Source: Lachnospiraceae bacterium | Lineage (GTDB): Bacteria; Bacillota; Clostridia; Lachnospirales; Lachnospiraceae | Assembly: GCA_021770345.1 (NCBI GenBank) | Contig: JAETRD010000016.1 | Location: 13,663 to 77,662, forward strand | Direction of reading: 5' to 3' | Length of the DNA: 64,000 nucleotides | Shown here: positions 30,251-39,281 of the stretch, piece by piece | Layout of the letters: each line of letters begins with the position of its first letter | Position numbering within the stretch: position 1 is the first letter of the stretch | The notes under the pieces: model-generated | Told to the model about the DNA's origin: nothing | Database searches by the model: none | The model's input: the letters and a program-made list of their open reading frames with translations, nothing else | Translations under genes and position numbers: made by a program

Positions 30251-31555
30251 ATGATGAATACACGTTTTTACAATGCAAAAATTCTTGCGCCGGCGGATGA
30301 GCACAAATTCAAAATCGTCGCGGGTGAGCTGTGGGTGAAGGGCAATACGATCTGTTATCTCGGCGACGGGACGGACGTCGGAAACGTCTGCAAAGAGGGG
30401 GAAGTGCTGGTGTGGGACCGCGAGATCGATGCCTGCGGCAATCTTCTGATACCGGGCTTTAAAAACGCGCACACGCACACGGCGATGACGTTTCTGCGCT
30501 CCTATGCGGACGACCTGCCGCTGCAGGACTGGCTGTACAATCAGGTGTTCCCGAACGAGGGAAAGCTGACCGAGGATGATGTGTACTGGCTGAATATTTT
30601 GGGAATCATGGAATATCTGACGAGCGGTATCACCTCGAACTTTGACATGTACTTTTTCCCGCCGATGAATGCAAAAGCTTCCGCGGATACGGGTTTCCGC
30701 ACCGTGCAGACGAGCGGTCTGAACAATTTCGGCGGCACGCCGGAGATTCTCGAGGAGAATTATCACATCGTCAACGACCTGAGCGAGCTGACGTCGTTTC
30801 TCGTCGGCTTTCACGCGGAGTACACGACGTCGATGGAGCTGATGGAGGGCGTCGCGCGCGTGGCGCAGAAGCTCAAATCCCCGGTATGGGTGCACAATTC
30901 CGAGACAAAGCTTGAGGTGGCGGAGTGCAAGGAGCGCTGGGGCAAGACGCCGACCCAGCTGACCGACAGCCTCGGCATGTATGAGTACGGCGGAGGCGGC
31001 TATCACTGTGTGTGGGTGGAGGAGCCGGATTTTGAGATATTTAAAAAGAGAGGGCTTACCGCGGTCACAAACCCGGCGTCCAATCTGAAGCTGGCTTCGG
31101 GAATCTGCCCGACGAAACGTTTTGTCGACGAGGGCATCGCGATGGCGATCGGAACCGACGGCCCGGCGAGCAATAACTGTCTGGATATGTTCCGCGAGAT
31201 GTTTCTGACCTCGACGCTCGCGAAGGTGCGCGAGATGGACGCTGAGTGTGTCTGCGCGGACGAGATTCTTTATATGGCGACGGCCGGGGGCGCGCATGCG
31301 ATGCAGCTTGCGGACTGCGACAGCCTTGCGGTCGGCAAGAAAGCCGACCTTGTGATGATTGATTTAAAGCAGCCGAATATGCAGCCCGAGAATAATCTCG
31401 TGAAGAACCTGGTCTACAGCGGCAGCAAGCAGAACGTAAAGCTTACGATGGTAAACGGCAGGGTGCTCTATGAGGAAGGCCGGTTTGATATCGGTTTTGA
31501 CCCGGAGGAAATCTACGCGAAGGCAAATGCGATTATTGGCCGTATGAAAGCGTGA
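30251..31555 (+). CDS. mtaD: Amidohydrolase, probably 5-methylthioadenosine/S-adenosylhomocysteine deaminase
   Basis: PGFKNAHTH, HNSET, NPASNLKLASG, IGTDG..SNN; next to PNP. Confidence 0.75.
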   Translation: MMNTRFYNAKILAPADEHKFKIVAGELWVKGNTICYLGDGTDVGNVCKEGEVLVWDREIDACGNLLIPGFKNAHTHTAMTFLRSYADDLPLQDWLYNQVFPNEGKLTEDDVYWLNILGIMEYLTSGITSNFDMYFFPPMNAKASADTGFRTVQTSGLNNFGGTPEILEENYHIVNDLSELTSFLVGFHAEYTTSMELMEGVARVAQKLKSPVWVHNSETKLEVAECKERWGKTPTQLTDSLGMYEYGGGGYHCVWVEEPDFEIFKKRGLTAVTNPASNLKLASGICPTKRFVDEGIAMAIGTDGPASNNCLDMFREMFLTSTLAKVREMDAECVCADEILYMATAGGAHAMQLADCDSLAVGKKADLVMIDLKQPNMQPENNLVKNLVYSGSKQNVKLTMVNGRVLYEEGRFDIGFDPEEIYAKANAIIGRMKA

Positions 31556-31557
31556 AA

Positions 31558-31700
31558 AGTATATCTAAAGCTCATGCCAGAGGGCATTTCGCTAAGATAT
31601 ACTAAGTTTCACGCCGGAGAATCCCAAAACAGGGATTCTCCGCGCTGGATTTTCAGGCATAGGCATGAGCTAAGAGATACGAAGTTTCACGCCAAAGCGG
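31558..31700. repeat. Composite palindromic REP-like element
   Basis: Hairpin AGTATATCT...AGATATACT; perfect hairpin GGAGAATCCC/GGGATTCTCC; 25-bp direct repeats at 31591-31615 and 31669-31693 (23/25 identical). Confidence 0.65.
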
Positions 31701-31751
31701 CGTTCTTATGAGGTGGAAATTTTATAAGGTTCTTTTTAGAAAGGATTTTGC

Positions 31752-32507
31752 ATGCGGGTTATTTTTATACATCACAGCTGTTTTCTGGTTGAAGTGGACG
31801 AGAAGGTGCTCATTTTTGACTGGTTTGCGGGTGACAGGGTGCAGGGATATCATTTTGGCGGGGTGATTCCGGAGTATGCGCCGGACACGCCGGTCTATGT
31901 CTTTGCGAGCCATAAGCATCAGGACCATTTTGACATGGATGTGCTCCGGTGGAGCAGCCGGTATCCCGGTATCCGCTATATTTTTTCAAAGGACTGCAAG
32001 ATGACGCCTCGTTTCCTTGCGCGGCATGGTATAGACCCGGCGGTGCGTGAGCGTATCACCTGGGTCGCCGCCGGGGAGAATTATAAGGTGGACGACCTTG
32101 CAATCGAGACGCTTCGCTCTACGGACGCGGGGGTGGCTTTTTATGTGGAGACGCGGGGAGCCGCGTTTTTCCATGCCGGCGATTTAAACAACTGGCGGTG
32201 GGAAGGCGTCGGGGAGCTGATTCATATGGAGATGGAGGCGACCTACAAATCCCAGATTCGAAAGCTTTCCGGGAAAAAGATTCATCTGGCGTTCGTGCCC
32301 TTAGATCCCCGGCTGAAAGAGAATCAGGGACTTGGGCTTTCGTATTTTCTGGAGCATACGGATGCGGACTATGTGTTCCCGATGCATATGTGGCAGGATT
32401 ATGCGGGGATCGCGGAGTTTAAGAAGCAGATTTCAAACGCGGCGATGGCGGAGCGGATTGTCGATATCAAATGTGAGAATCAGATTTTCGAAATACGGGA
32501 AGAGTAG
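31752..32507 (+). CDS. MBL-fold metallo-hydrolase
   Basis: IHHSCF, SHKHQDHF, FHAGD, PMH. Confidence 0.85.
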   Translation: MRVIFIHHSCFLVEVDEKVLIFDWFAGDRVQGYHFGGVIPEYAPDTPVYVFASHKHQDHFDMDVLRWSSRYPGIRYIFSKDCKMTPRFLARHGIDPAVRERITWVAAGENYKVDDLAIETLRSTDAGVAFYVETRGAAFFHAGDLNNWRWEGVGELIHMEMEATYKSQIRKLSGKKIHLAFVPLDPRLKENQGLGLSYFLEHTDADYVFPMHMWQDYAGIAEFKKQISNAAMAERIVDIKCENQIFEIREE

Positions 32508-32508
32508 C

Positions 32509-32538
32509 TTGACGGCAGGGAAACAGTTGCGATATACT
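32509..32538 (+). promoter_or_regulatory. sigmaA promoter
   Basis: TTGACG-18 bp-TATACT upstream of the small ORF and alaS. Confidence 0.65.
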
Positions 32539-32571
32539 GAATAGTCAGAAAAGAGAAAGGTGGATGTGACG

Positions 32572-32721
32572 ATGGCATTTTTGGGATGGGTAGGACATTA
32601 TGTACTTGTTTTTGCCGTGTTGGCGGCGGTTGCAGGGCTCGGCATCTTTTGCGGGAAAAAGTGGAGTGACAGCAAGGATAAAAAGCAGGCGGCAGAGACC
32701 GGCGATACGAAGGAAATATAA
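32572..32721 (+). CDS. Small single-pass membrane protein (49 aa), missed by the ORF track
   Basis: MAFLGWVGHYVLVFAVLAAVAGLGIFCGKKWSDSKDKKQAAETGDTKEI; RBS AAAGGTGG; TM followed by a Lys-rich tail. Confidence 0.75.
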   Translation: MAFLGWVGHYVLVFAVLAAVAGLGIFCGKKWSDSKDKKQAAETGDTKEI

Positions 32722-32751
32722 GGAAAAAGAGGAGTTTTGGAGGAACGAGTC

Positions 32752-35412
32752 GTGAAGAAGTTTTACGGAGAAAACGAACTGCGGAGAATGTATCTGGAGT
32801 TTTTTGAGAGCAAGGACCACCTTGTGATGAAGAGCTTTTCACTGGTGCCGCACAATGACAAGAGCCTGCTTTTGATTAATGCGGGCATGGCGCCGTTAAA
32901 GCCGTATTTTACGGGGCAGGAAATTCCGCCGCGAAAGAGAGTGGCAACCTGTCAGAAATGTATTCGCACCGGCGATATCGAGAATGTCGGTAAGACCGCG
33001 AGGCATCTGACTTTTTTTGAGATGCTCGGGAATTTTTCCTTCGGGGATTATTTTAAGCACGAGGCGATCGCATGGTCGTGGGAGTTTCTGACCGAGGTGC
33101 TTGGACTTGAGGCGGACAGGCTTTATCCTTCCGTGTACGGGGAGGACGACGAGGCGTTTGACATCTGGACAAAGGAGGTCGGCGTTGCGCCGGAGCGCAT
33201 CACACGCTTTTACAGGGACCCCGAGACCGGGGAGTGCGACAATTTCTGGGAGCACGGTGCGGGACCGTGTGGACCGTGTTCCGAGATCTATTACGACAGG
33301 GGCGAGAAATACGGTTGCGGAAAGCCGGACTGCAAGGTGGGGTGTGACTGTGACCGCTTCATGGAAGTGTGGAACAACGTGTTCACCCAGTTTGACGGCG
33401 ACGGCAAGGGCAATTATACGGAGCTTGAAAATAAAAATATTGACACCGGCATGGGCTTAGAGCGCCTTGCGGTTGTGATGCAGGATGTGGATTCCGTGTT
33501 TGACATTGACACGATGAAAGCAATCCGGGATAAGGTCTGCGCGCTGTCGCACAAGACGTACCTGCAGGATGCGTTGGACGATGTGTCCATCCGCCTGATT
33601 ACCGACCATATCCGCTCTGCGACATTTATGGTTTCCGACGGCATTATGCCGTCCAATGAGGGGCGTGGGTATGTGCTGCGCCGGATTATCCGCCGCGCCG
33701 CAAGACACGGCAGGATGCTCGGCATCGACGGCACGTTTATGGCGGAGCTTGCCGCGACGGTGATTCGTGAGAGTAAGGACGGTTATCCCGAGCTTGACGA
33801 GAAGAAGGATTTTATCTTTAAGGTGCTGACGCAGGAGGAGGAGAAGTTCGGCAAGACGATTGACCAGGGACTTTCCATTTTAGGCGAGATGGAGGCCGAG
33901 ATGGAAGGGAAGGGACAGAAGGTCCTGTCGGGCGACAATGCGTTTAAGCTTTACGATACCTACGGCTTTCCGATTGACCTGACCAGAGAGATTCTCGAGG
34001 AGAAAGGTTTTTCGATTGACGAGGACGGGTTTGCTGCGGCGATGGAGGTGCAGAGAAAAACGGCGCGTGCCGCGCGCAAGACCACGAATTACATGGGGGC
34101 TGACGTGACGGTGTATGAGTCGATCGACCCGGCGATTACCTCGGAGTTTGTCGGTTACGACAGGTTAGAGGAGAGCGCAAAGGTGCTGGTGCTCACAACG
34201 GAGACGGAGCTTGCGGAGGCGCTCTCCGACGGCGAGATCGGTACCGTGATTGTGGACAAAACGCCGTTTTATGCGACGATGGGCGGACAGCAGGGCGATA
34301 AAGGTGAGATTCGCACCGCTTCCGGCACGTTCCTTGTGGAGGATACCGTAAAGCTTGCGGGCGGCAAGGTCGGCCATATCGGGAAAATGACGAGCGGTAT
34401 GATAAAGACCGGCGACACGGTCACCATGTGCGTGGACGAAAGACTGCGTGCGAAGACATGCAAGAACCACTCCGCGACGCATCTGATGCAGAAAGCGCTG
34501 CGCGAGGTGCTGGGGACGCATGTGGAGCAGGCCGGTTCCTATCAGGATTCCGAGCGCACGCGTTTTGATTTTTCTCATTTCCAGGCGATGACGGAGGAGG
34601 AGATTGCGAAGGTCGAAAACATGGTCAACGAGAAGATCGCTGCGGCGCTTCCGGTCGTGACCGAGGAAATGAGTCTTGCGGATGCCAAAAAATCCGGCGC
34701 GATGGCGCTTTTCGGTGAAAAATACGGTGATACCGTGCGCGTGGTGCGGATGGGAGATTTCTCGACCGAGCTGTGCGGCGGAACCCATGTGGAGAACACG
34801 AGCGCCATTGCGGCATTTAAGATTATCTCGGAGTCCGGCGTTGCGGCGGGCGTGCGCCGTATCGAAGCGCTGACCTCGGACGCGGTGTTTGCATATTATG
34901 ACAGGATTGAGGAGCAGCTTGCGGCGGCTGCGAAAGCTGCAAAGGCGACGCCTGCGACGCTCGTCGAGAAGATCGAGCACATGATGGCGGAGATCAAAGC
35001 GCTGCAGAGCGAGAATGAGTCGTTAAAGAGCAAGGCTGCAAAGGATGCCTTAGGTGACGTGATGGACCAGGTTGTCGAGGTTTCCGGCGTGAAGCTTTTA
35101 GCGGCGAGCGTCCCGGGCGTGGATATGAACGGTCTGCGCGATCTTGGAGACCAGTTGCGCGGCAAGCTCGGCGAGGGGGTTGTCGTGCTTGCCTCCGAGG
35201 CGGACGGCAAGGTGAATCTGATCGCGATGGCGACCGACGGGGCAATGAAACGGGGAGCCCATGCGGGGAACCTGATTAAGAGTATTGCCGGAAAAGTCGG
35301 CGGAGGCGGAGGCGGACGTCCGAATATGGCGCAGGCCGGCGGCAAGAATCCGGCGGGAATCCCGGATGCAATTGCGGAGGCAAAGACCGCGCTCGAAGGA
35401 CAGATTCAATAG
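32752..35412 (+). CDS. alaS: Alanine--tRNA ligase
   Basis: LLLINAGM, TFFEMLGNFSFGDYFK, DTGMGLER, editing HSATH and ELCGGTH, C-terminal GGGGG. Confidence 0.98.
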   Translation: MKKFYGENELRRMYLEFFESKDHLVMKSFSLVPHNDKSLLLINAGMAPLKPYFTGQEIPPRKRVATCQKCIRTGDIENVGKTARHLTFFEMLGNFSFGDYFKHEAIAWSWEFLTEVLGLEADRLYPSVYGEDDEAFDIWTKEVGVAPERITRFYRDPETGECDNFWEHGAGPCGPCSEIYYDRGEKYGCGKPDCKVGCDCDRFMEVWNNVFTQFDGDGKGNYTELENKNIDTGMGLERLAVVMQDVDSVFDIDTMKAIRDKVCALSHKTYLQDALDDVSIRLITDHIRSATFMVSDGIMPSNEGRGYVLRRIIRRAARHGRMLGIDGTFMAELAATVIRESKDGYPELDEKKDFIFKVLTQEEEKFGKTIDQGLSILGEMEAEMEGKGQKVLSGDNAFKLYDTYGFPIDLTREILEEKGFSIDEDGFAAAMEVQRKTARAARKTTNYMGADVTVYESIDPAITSEFVGYDRLEESAKVLVLTTETELAEALSDGEIGTVIVDKTPFYATMGGQQGDKGEIRTASGTFLVEDTVKLAGGKVGHIGKMTSGMIKTGDTVTMCVDERLRAKTCKNHSATHLMQKALREVLGTHVEQAGSYQDSERTRFDFSHFQAMTEEEIAKVENMVNEKIAAALPVVTEEMSLADAKKSGAMALFGEKYGDTVRVVRMGDFSTELCGGTHVENTSAIAAFKIISESGVAAGVRRIEALTSDAVFAYYDRIEEQLAAAAKAAKATPATLVEKIEHMMAEIKALQSENESLKSKAAKDALGDVMDQVVEVSGVKLLAASVPGVDMNGLRDLGDQLRGKLGEGVVVLASEADGKVNLIAMATDGAMKRGAHAGNLIKSIAGKVGGGGGGRPNMAQAGGKNPAGIPDAIAEAKTALEGQIQ

Positions 35413-35435
35413 AACAGAAGAGAGAGAATGAAAGG

Positions 35436-35472
35436 ATTCGGATGTGAAAAAGGGTTTTCACATCCGAATTTT
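35436..35472 (+). terminator. Rho-independent terminator
   Basis: ATTCGGATGTGAAAA/TTTTCACATCCGAAT followed by a T tract. Confidence 0.8.
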
Positions 35473-35520
35473 ATAAAAAGGCTGATGATTGAAACAATAA
35501 AAAAATATCCCTCCGCCCGT

Positions 35521-35916
35521 TTAAAACGGCAGAGGAACATTTCTTATAATACCGTATAAAACCAAAATCGTGATACAGCTCCACAGAACCGCATTTTGCC
35601 AACGGTGCATCTGCCGGTGTCCGGTCTGTATGTATGTGGCAGAGTAGGTGACAAAGATGGCCGCAAGCACAGGGCTTAGCAGCAATAGCACTGGATTTGC
35701 CGCAAAGGCCGCCGGGAAATCCAGCCGCAGCAGCGCAAGACACATGCGCGTGACGCCGCATCCCGGACACTTTAATCCCGTCAGAAAATAGAGCGGGCAG
35801 ACCAAACCGATGCCCGTACGGCGGACAAAAACCGCATATACAACGCCCAGGACACAGAGCAGAGCGGCGGAGCCCAGAACACAGAGCAACCGTCTTTTTA
35901 CCGTGTCGGCAGGCAT
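35521..35916 (-). CDS. DUF2752-family membrane protein
   Basis: CPLYFLTGLKCPGCGVTR...F.AAF.ANP; TAATG overlap with the upstream gene. Confidence 0.8.
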   Translation of the reverse strand: MPADTVKRRLLCVLGSAALLCVLGVVYAVFVRRTGIGLVCPLYFLTGLKCPGCGVTRMCLALLRLDFPAAFAANPVLLLLSPVLAAIFVTYSATYIQTGHRQMHRWQNAVLWSCITILVLYGIIRNVPLPF

Positions 35917-36263
35917 TAGTTGTTTGTGGCTGCGAGGTTGTTTAACTCGTTCTGCATCAGCGCCCATGCAACAACCGGGATGAGCAGGCAGAGGATCAGG
36001 TAAAGCACGCCGCTGTTGCTCGACGGAATCCCGCGTTTCTGCTTTGCAACGTCAATCTTTTCGCCCTGCTTGTAAGCCCAGTACAGACCGTAGATGTTGC
36101 AGGTGATGATCGTGAGAAGTACGGTCATTCCGCCAGAGGTTCCCTCCGTGCCTGCCGCAGTGTTAGTATCATTCGTCAGGCATGCGAGCCAGTAGAGACC
36201 ATAGATACCGCAGGTAACGATGGACAAAATAATACATACCGCAATGTTTCTCTGTTGAATCAT
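35916..36263 (-). CDS. DUF4234-family membrane protein
   Basis: ILSIVTCGIYGLYW, LTIITCNIYGLYWAYK, LMQNELN. Confidence 0.8.
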   Translation of the reverse strand: MIQQRNIAVCIILSIVTCGIYGLYWLACLTNDTNTAAGTEGTSGGMTVLLTIITCNIYGLYWAYKQGEKIDVAKQKRGIPSSNSGVLYLILCLLIPVVAWALMQNELNNLAATNN

Positions 36264-36486
36264 AACAAAATCTCCTTTGTATTAAATTTTTATAAACTTT
36301 TCGGATATAGAATATAGCTGAAATGCTGATATGTCAATATGAAATTTAAGAAATGAACTGTATTTCGTTTATTTTTTAACAAATGATTGGCGTTTTTTCA
36401 TAATAAAGGAAACTCTACCTGGAAGGGGTGTTATTTTTTGCCCGATTGCGCTATGCTGGGCTCACAAAACATAAGGGGGAATTGCC

Positions 36487-37386
36487 GTGGATACCGTTAA
36501 AATCGGAAAATATATTGCATCAAAAAGAAAAGCGCTTGGGATGACGCAGGTACAGGTCGCAGAAAAACTTGGGATGAGCGACAAGTCTGTGTCAAAGTGG
36601 GAGCGGGGTGTATGTCTTCCGGATGTGTCGGTTTATCTGGATTTGTGTGAGATTCTGGGGATTTCTCTCAATGAATTTTTTGCCGGGGAGGATATAGAGC
36701 AGGACAAAATCGCACGAAAGTCGGAAGAAAATCTGATTGAGGTGACAAAAGACAGCAAGGAGCGGAAGCGGCGCTTAAAGACTGTGATCGCGGCGCTTGC
36801 GGCACTCTGTGTCGTTGTGACGGGTATTCTGGTATACCGGAGTATTTCTGACGGAAAATCGGAAATAAATTATATAGAGCCGCTTGCAGGGGACAGCGCT
36901 GAGATGGCGATCGCGGAACTGCTGTCGGATGTGGACGGCGCGTTTTTATACGATTATGCAGTCGATACGGGATTCGATGAGATGACGCTTGGTCTGTCGG
37001 TGTACCGGGGCGGCGAACTGGAGAGAAAAGAAATCATCGGAGCGGTTGGCCTGCCTGATTCCGGGGAGGCAAAGGAAGGAATGATCGCGGTTGTCCCCGA
37101 TTTCGACAACGGTAAGGTAAAACTGATCGCAGCGGGCGGGGGATTAAAATATTCCTTAAAATTTGACATACTCGATGATGTATCAGACCGGGAATTGTTT
37201 GGCAGAGGGGCTTCACAGACAGACGGGCGGACCGACATTGTAAAAGAGGAAGAACAGGTAATACTGGCGCTTATATACGGGAAGAACGGGATCAGTGAGA
37301 TTTCGGTAGCGGAAATCGCGGAAGGTGAGGTGCCAAGCAGGAACGATTATGTGTACGCGCTGTCTGTCTGCTTCGGCGGGAGATAA
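36487..37386 (+). CDS. XRE-family HTH regulator with a TM helix and extracytoplasmic domain
   Basis: MTQVQVAEKLGMSDKSVSKWERGVCLPD; hydrophobic VIAALAALCVVVTGILVY. Confidence 0.82.
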   Translation: MDTVKIGKYIASKRKALGMTQVQVAEKLGMSDKSVSKWERGVCLPDVSVYLDLCEILGISLNEFFAGEDIEQDKIARKSEENLIEVTKDSKERKRRLKTVIAALAALCVVVTGILVYRSISDGKSEINYIEPLAGDSAEMAIAELLSDVDGAFLYDYAVDTGFDEMTLGLSVYRGGELERKEIIGAVGLPDSGEAKEGMIAVVPDFDNGKVKLIAAGGGLKYSLKFDILDDVSDRELFGRGASQTDGRTDIVKEEEQVILALIYGKNGISEISVAEIAEGEVPSRNDYVYALSVCFGGR

Positions 37387-37459
37387 ACGGCTGTGGCAGA
37401 CGCAGGTGTGTGGGTCGGCGGATAAATTGTCTGAATATTTCCGAACGACAGAAAAACAG

Positions 37460-37488
37460 TTGACGGATTGCCAATATATGTTTATAAT
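37460..37488 (+). promoter_or_regulatory. sigmaA promoter of rpsU
   Basis: TTGACG-17 bp-TATAAT. Confidence 0.8.
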
Positions 37489-37566
37489 CTTCTATAGTGC
37501 AATGATTATGACCCAAACAGTTGAATATGCACAATACGCAACTGGAGGGAGGTTAGGTGTGAGATA

Positions 37567-37743
37567 ATGTCAAGTGTAATTGTAAAAGAAAACGAGACTT
37601 TAGACAGCGCTTTACGTCGTTTCAAGAGAAACTGCGCAAAGGCAGGTATTCAGCAGGAGATTCGCAAGAGAGAACACTACGAGAAGCCGAGCGTAAAACG
37701 CAAGAAAAAATCTGAAGCAGCAAGAAAAAGAAAATACAACTAA
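37567..37743 (+). CDS. rpsU: 30S ribosomal protein S21 (missed by the ORF track)
   Basis: [58 protein letters not shown]. Confidence 0.97.
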   Translation: MSSVIVKENETLDSALRRFKRNCAKAGIQQEIRKREHYEKPSVKRKKKSEAARKRKYN

Positions 37744-37752
37744 TGCAGGAAG

Positions 37753-37785
37753 AAAAGAGCCGTCGGGGAATCGACGGCTCTTTTT
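37753..37785. terminator. Bidirectional Rho-independent terminator
   Basis: AAAAGAGCCGTCG/CGACGGCTCTTTT. Confidence 0.85.
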
Positions 37786-37792
37786 ATGCACA

Positions 37793-37871
37793 GGGGTGCG
37801 TATAGAAGTTGGCTGCTAACGCAGCACGCACCCCATGCGGCGAGTAGGGGAAGATGGCTCTTTCCTACTCG
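37793..37871. repeat. REP-like double-hairpin element
   Basis: GGGGTGCGT/ACGCACCCC enclosing GCTGC-TAAC-GCAGC, then CGAGTAGG/CCTACTCG. Confidence 0.5.
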
Positions 37872-37884
37872 ATTATCACCAAGG

Positions 37885-39195
37885 TTATGAAAACTCACAG
37901 GGCAGCATGACCGTGGCGGAGAAATACCCGTCGTCGGAAGCAAGATTTAAGATGCCGTTTTGCTCACGGACCGTGTTTTGGATAATCTGAATGCCGAAGC
38001 CGTGCTGCGTTTTATTTTCTTTTGTCGAGATCAGTTTCGGATTTTTTGCAAGCACGTCAAAGCTGATTTTATTTTTGATCTGAACGGTAAGGTAGCCCTG
38101 ATTGCAGCGGATCATAACCCGGATGTCGGGATTTGCTTCGTCCAGGCTGGCTTCGATTGCGTTGTCGAGCAGGTTCAGCAAAATCGTACAGAGGGAATCC
38201 TCGCTCAGCCTGAGATTTGCCGGAATCAGGATTTCCGTGCACAGTTTGATTTTCTTTTTCTGGGCCTCCCGGATTTTTTCATTTAAAATATAATCCATCA
38301 GGGTGTTTCCCGTCTGCACTTGTCCGATGGAAGACAATTTGCTTCCGATCACATTCTGCATATATGCGTCTAACGCGTCATATTTCTTTTCGGAGAGCAG
38401 CGTTTGGATATAGAAATAGTTATTGCGCAATTCATGACGTTCCTTGCGAATTTCATCCTGCAGTAAGATTGCATATCGATAGTGAGACAGCTGTGCTTTT
38501 GTCTGCTGCAGGGCATTATTCAGGTCGCGCTGTTTTTCGTAGGAATCAATGATTGTTGTGAAAAAGTAATAGATAATCGGCAGATTGGTCATGATAATCG
38601 CAGCGAGTATCGGCGCAAATTTCAGCCAGAGTGACGTATTGTTTGCGGTAAGCATCGTACAAAATAGAATGCTGAGCGGGAAATACAGAACCAGCAGGTA
38701 TTTTTCCGGCACAAAGGACAGTTTTTTATTCAGGCGGACTTTCTGGAACAGCGCGCAGAGAAGAATCAGGAGCGCATAAAAAAGAAGGCCGGTAAAAAAG
38801 TCGATCAGCGCGTAGGTGCGTGCATCCATCGAAAATTCGAGCTCGTAGAGCGGGGAACAGACGATTTTATAAAGCTGGATAAATGTCAGTGAAAACAGGA
38901 TATAAGTTCCGCGGTATAAGAGAGAAGTCTGTAAAAACAGGCGGGAGCAGAGAAGCAGGGAAAGACCGAGGGAGAAAATGCAGATCCAGTAAGGCGAATT
39001 GGAAAACAGTTTTTGAACCGCAAAGCCGAGACCGCAATTGATGCACAGGAAAATGGCAGTGCCGGCGAGGAGATACTGCCAGGTTTTGACGGCGGCATGT
39101 CTTGCACCGCACAGAATATAGAGGGAATACGACATCAGAATGTAGAGGATGCAGCTGTCCGCATGGCGGTACAGCCGGTAGACAAAATCAAACAT
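37885..39195 (-). CDS. GHKL (AgrC-like) membrane sensor histidine kinase
   Basis: Multi-TM N-terminus, H-box ERHELRNN, N-box NLLDNAIEA, HGFGI. Confidence 0.85.
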   Translation of the reverse strand: MFDFVYRLYRHADSCILYILMSYSLYILCGARHAAVKTWQYLLAGTAIFLCINCGLGFAVQKLFSNSPYWICIFSLGLSLLLCSRLFLQTSLLYRGTYILFSLTFIQLYKIVCSPLYELEFSMDARTYALIDFFTGLLFYALLILLCALFQKVRLNKKLSFVPEKYLLVLYFPLSILFCTMLTANNTSLWLKFAPILAAIIMTNLPIIYYFFTTIIDSYEKQRDLNNALQQTKAQLSHYRYAILLQDEIRKERHELRNNYFYIQTLLSEKKYDALDAYMQNVIGSKLSSIGQVQTGNTLMDYILNEKIREAQKKKIKLCTEILIPANLRLSEDSLCTILLNLLDNAIEASLDEANPDIRVMIRCNQGYLTVQIKNKISFDVLAKNPKLISTKENKTQHGFGIQIIQNTVREQNGILNLASDDGYFSATVMLPCEFS

Positions 39196-39221
39196 GGTAA
39201 TCTCCCGTTCTTGCTCAGCCC

Positions 39222-39273
39222 GCGAATTTGGGCGCAAGCACAAATTTGCCTGTGAAAAATTTATTTTTCACAG
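39222..39273 (-). repeat. Intercistronic double-hairpin element, copy A
   Basis: Minus strand CTGTGAAAAATAAATTTTTCACAG-GCAAATTTGTG...CAAATTCGC; similar to 49684-49747. Confidence 0.55.
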
Positions 39274-39281
39274 TACACTTC

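Noticed and set aside
30146-31297. 383-aa minus-strand ORF (likewise 54983-56104 -, 62947-63951 -, 23707-24615 +, 34165-34980 -)
   Set aside because: Antisense shadows of well-supported genes in GC-rich DNA; no RBS or recognisable domains.
31591-31693. Two 25-bp direct repeats as a mini-CRISPR
   Set aside because: Only two units, a 53-nt spacer that is itself a perfect hairpin, and no cas genes or leader.
32540-32751. T-box ahead of alaS
   Set aside because: No GGTGGTACCGCG-like box or terminator; the space is occupied by a small ORF.
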